Positions 50,839 to 53,423 of a stretch of DNA of 53,423 bases are shown here, piece by piece. Origin of the DNA: Candidatus Spyradocola merdavium. GTDB taxonomy: Bacteria; Bacillota; Clostridia; Christensenellales; UBA1750. The stretch lies in NCBI GenBank assembly GCA_018711265.1, contig DVIM01000165.1, forward strand, positions 1 through 53,423, read 5' to 3'. Numbering within the stretch: the first letter of the stretch is position 1; every line of letters begins with the position of its first letter. Under the pieces are notes generated by a model. The model had not been told where the DNA came from. It made no database searches and saw only the letters and a program-made list of their open reading frames with translations. The position numbers and the translations under genes are program-made.

Positions 50839-52575
50839 ATGAACACGGCGTTCCCCACGGTCGAGCACGAGGCGGACCTGTGCGTCGTGGGCGGGGGCCT
50901 TGCGGGCCTTTGCGCGGCGGTGAGCGCGGCGCGGCACGGCGCGCGCGTGCTGCTGATGCAGGACCGGCCCATGCTCGGCGGCAACGCCTCGAGCGAGATC
51001 CGCATGTGGGTCTGCGGCGCGCACGGCGACAACAACCGGGAGACGGGCCTGCTCGAGGAGATCAGCATGGACAACATGGCCCGCAACCCGGACAAGAACT
51101 ACTCCATCTGGGACGGCATCCTCTACGAAAAGGCGCGCTACCAGCCGGGAATCGAGCTGCTGCTCAACTGCACCTGCCTGGACGCGGAGATGGCGGGCAG
51201 CTCCATCGCCGCCGTCACCGGCTGGCAGATGACCACGCAGACCTTCCACCACGTGCGCGCGCGGCTGTTCGCGGACTGCTCGGGCGACAGTGTGCTCGCG
51301 CCGCTGACGGGCGCAGCGTTCCGCGTGGGGCGCGAGGCGCGGGACGAGTTCGGCGAGGACATCGCGCCCGAGCGGGCCGACGCCAAGACCATGGGCATGA
51401 GCGTGCTCATCCAGGCGCGGCAGGAGGACCATCCCTCGACCTTCACCCCGCCGGCTTGGGCCCATCGCTACAGCCGGGAGGACCTGCTGCCCTACCGCCT
51501 GCCCAATATGGAGGACGAGACGGAGAACTTCTGGTATATCGAGCTGGGCGGCGAGGGCGACGCCATCCGCGACGCGGAGGCGGTGCGCGACGAGCTGCTG
51601 CGCGTGGCCTACGGCGTCTGGGATTACGTCAAGAACGCGCCCGAGAACCGCGAAAAGAACGCCAACTGGCGCCTGGACTTCCTCGGCATCCTGCCGGGCA
51701 AGCGCGAGAGCCGCCGCTACGTCGGCGACCACATCCTCACCCAGAACGAGGTGCGCGCCGGCGGCGCCTTTGCGGACATCGTGGCCTACGGCGGCTGGAC
51801 CATGGACGACCACGACCCCGCGGGCTTTGCCTCCAAGGGCGCGCCCAACATCTTCCATCCCGCGCCCTCGCCGTTCGGGATTCCGTACCGGTGCCTGTAC
51901 TCCCGCAACGTGGAGAACCTCTTCTTCGCCGGGCGGAACATCTCCGTCACGCACACGGCGATGAGCGCCTCGCGCGTCATGGCGACCTGCGCGCTGCTGG
52001 GCCAGGCGGTGGGCACGGCCGCGGCCGTGGCCATCCAGCGCGGAACCACGCCCCGCGGCGTGTACGCGGAGCACATCCGCCAGCTGCAGGACCTCTTGCA
52101 GGAGGACGACTGCTACCTGCCCGGCCTGCCCCGGCGGGTGAGCCGGCTCGGCAGCCTGGCCGCGGACTGGGAGGTCCTGCGCAACGGCTGGGACCGGCCC
52201 ATCGGCGGGGCGGACAACGGCGCGCACGCGGCCCTGGGCCAGGCCGTGACCTTCACCTTTGCCGGGCCCACGCGCGTGCGGGAGCTGCGCGCGGTCTTTG
52301 ACAGCGACCTGAACCGCGCCGCCTATCCGCACGAGCTCGGGCGGAACATGATCTGCAATCGCCGCCTGGGCCTGCCGGACGCCTTCGTGCCGCCGTCCAT
52401 GGTGCGCGCCTTCCGCGTGGAGGACGAGAGCGGCCGCGTGCTCCTGCAGGAGGAGAACAACTGGCAGCGCCTGTACCGCGCAGAGCTGGACGCGGTGGTG
52501 CGGGAGCTGCGCTTTGTGCCCACGGCGACCTGGGGCGCGCCGGACGCGCACCTGTTCGCGCTGGAAGTGCGCTAG
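50839..52575 (+). CDS. FAD-dependent oxidoreductase, 578 aa
   Basis: VVGGGLAG, LGGNASSE, DCSGD, KRESRR, IPYRCL, AGRNIS, RVMATC. Confidence 0.9.
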   Translation: MNTAFPTVEHEADLCVVGGGLAGLCAAVSAARHGARVLLMQDRPMLGGNASSEIRMWVCGAHGDNNRETGLLEEISMDNMARNPDKNYSIWDGILYEKARYQPGIELLLNCTCLDAEMAGSSIAAVTGWQMTTQTFHHVRARLFADCSGDSVLAPLTGAAFRVGREARDEFGEDIAPERADAKTMGMSVLIQARQEDHPSTFTPPAWAHRYSREDLLPYRLPNMEDETENFWYIELGGEGDAIRDAEAVRDELLRVAYGVWDYVKNAPENREKNANWRLDFLGILPGKRESRRYVGDHILTQNEVRAGGAFADIVAYGGWTMDDHDPAGFASKGAPNIFHPAPSPFGIPYRCLYSRNVENLFFAGRNISVTHTAMSASRVMATCALLGQAVGTAAAVAIQRGTTPRGVYAEHIRQLQDLLQEDDCYLPGLPRRVSRLGSLAADWEVLRNGWDRPIGGADNGAHAALGQAVTFTFAGPTRVRELRAVFDSDLNRAAYPHELGRNMICNRRLGLPDAFVPPSMVRAFRVEDESGRVLLQEENNWQRLYRAELDAVVRELRFVPTATWGAPDAHLFALEVR

Positions 52576-52591
52576 GCGCGTTTCCCCCCAA

Positions 52592-52645
52592 AAAATTGAC
52601 CCAGGATAAGAGATCTCATTCAATTTCTTATCCTGGGTCAATTTT
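52592..52645. repeat. Perfect 20-bp inverted repeat at the GC-to-AT transition
   Basis: AAAATTGACCCAGGATAAGA-14 nt-TCTTATCCTGGGTCAATTTT. Confidence 0.85.
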
Positions 52646-52948
52646 ATTCTGTTACTTTTGTGAAAAAATAAAAAGAAAAAATATACTTAGCAAGGAAAAG
52701 CGAGCACATATGTGCAATAAAATGGAAACACATTCAAAAAGGCGAAAAATACAGGAAAAACAAATGGATTTCCCGAGAGGTTTCCGTTTGTGTTCCGCAT
52801 AGAAAAACAAATGAAATTAGAATTTCGGTTTATTTATTGCGTATATATGTATGAGTTGAAAATATTTCAGAAATGTGTCATACTAATTTTCGTAAATTTC
52901 CTGCCGCGCGGCCACCCGCGCGGACAACCAAAGAGAGGTGCAAAGTCC

Positions 52949-53423
52949 ATGAAACAACAACCCATGGCGCGCAAGCTCCTGGCCCTGTGCCTGAGCCTGC
53001 TGCTGGTCCTCGCGTTCGTCCCGACGGCGTGGGCGGAGGGCGAAAAGGCACAAGTCGGCGAAAAAAAATATGCAACCGTGCAGGACGCAATCAATGCGAT
53101 TCAGAGCGGTTCGGAAACCGGTACCACGATCCAGCTGATTGCCAATTCGACCACCGCAGTGACTATCGATGCCAGTGTCTCCGTCACGATTGACCTGGCG
53201 GGCTTCTCCATGACGGCTGAGGAGGACGTCATCAGCAATCGCGGCACGTTGGTCATCAATGATAGCAAGGGAACTGGCAGCGTAACAACTAATGCAGCTG
53301 GCAAGGGTGCTTTGGTCAACTATCCCGGAGCGACCGCGACCATTAGTAGCGGTACTTTCACGGCTACTGGATGGTATACGCTCAAAAACCTCGGCACCAT
53401 GACCATCAATTCCGGCGCGACCA
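52949..53423 (+). CDS. Partial CDS: secreted cell-surface protein with beta-helix-like repeats, runs off the window
   Basis: GAGGT RBS; MKQQPMARKLLALCLSLLLVLAFVPTAWA|EGEKAQVGEKKYATVQDAINA..VTIDLAGF..GTLVINDS..ISSGTF; open to the end; absent from the ORF track because it has no stop. Confidence 0.85.
   Translation, partial: MKQQPMARKLLALCLSLLLVLAFVPTAWAEGEKAQVGEKKYATVQDAINAIQSGSETGTTIQLIANSTTAVTIDASVSVTIDLAGFSMTAEEDVISNRGTLVINDSKGTGSVTTNAAGKGALVNYPGATATISSGTFTATGWYTLKNLGTMTINSGAT

Noticed and set aside
7058-52641. Very long alternative-frame ORFs (e.g. 7058-9619 +, 30604-33096 extension, 45920-49591 -, 49576-52641 -)
   Set aside because: Antisense or shifted shadows of real genes; stop codons are scarce in high-GC DNA; Arg/Gly/Ala-rich with no motifs or RBS.
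52646-52948. c-di-GMP or other riboswitch in the long leader of the surface-protein gene
   Set aside because: I found no recognisable aptamer motif or terminator; an Rfam scan would settle it.

Overview
High-GC chromosomal window, most likely from an anaerobic gut-type Clostridia/Bacillota genome (inferred from gene content, sigma-A-type promoters and riboswitch classes). It holds about 45 CDS, tRNA-Ala(CGC) and tRNA-Leu(GAG), a lysine riboswitch over dapA-dapB, a probable guanidine-IV riboswitch over a MATE gene, and several sugar-catabolic and regulatory loci. I see no CRISPR array, integrase, transposase or phage genes. Both ends become AT-rich: a possible island edge beside tRNA-Ala, and the start of a large surface-protein gene. 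Leading observations: (1) four promoters at 39.5-40.55 kb share one architecture, four 11-bp-phased AAAC-type boxes followed exactly 10 nt later by a -10 hexamer, outlining a regulon around an OmpR/HssR-like two-component system, a radical SAM enzyme and nearby flavodoxin/DUF4405 genes; (2) an 836-aa DUF3825 protein carrying three OB/S1-like domains; (3) a four-gene membrane operon with an unannotated 39-aa peptide and a surface protein that share a DVI..P N-terminal motif; (4) a DapB-ACT-ACT fusion; (5) two chimeric deletion scars (ABC permease::solute-binding protein, and solute-binding protein::glycyl radical enzyme); (6) a WYL regulator with a perfect palindromic site in front of a Cys-rich DUF3795 gene. 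All family calls come from recognising motifs by eye; no database search was run.
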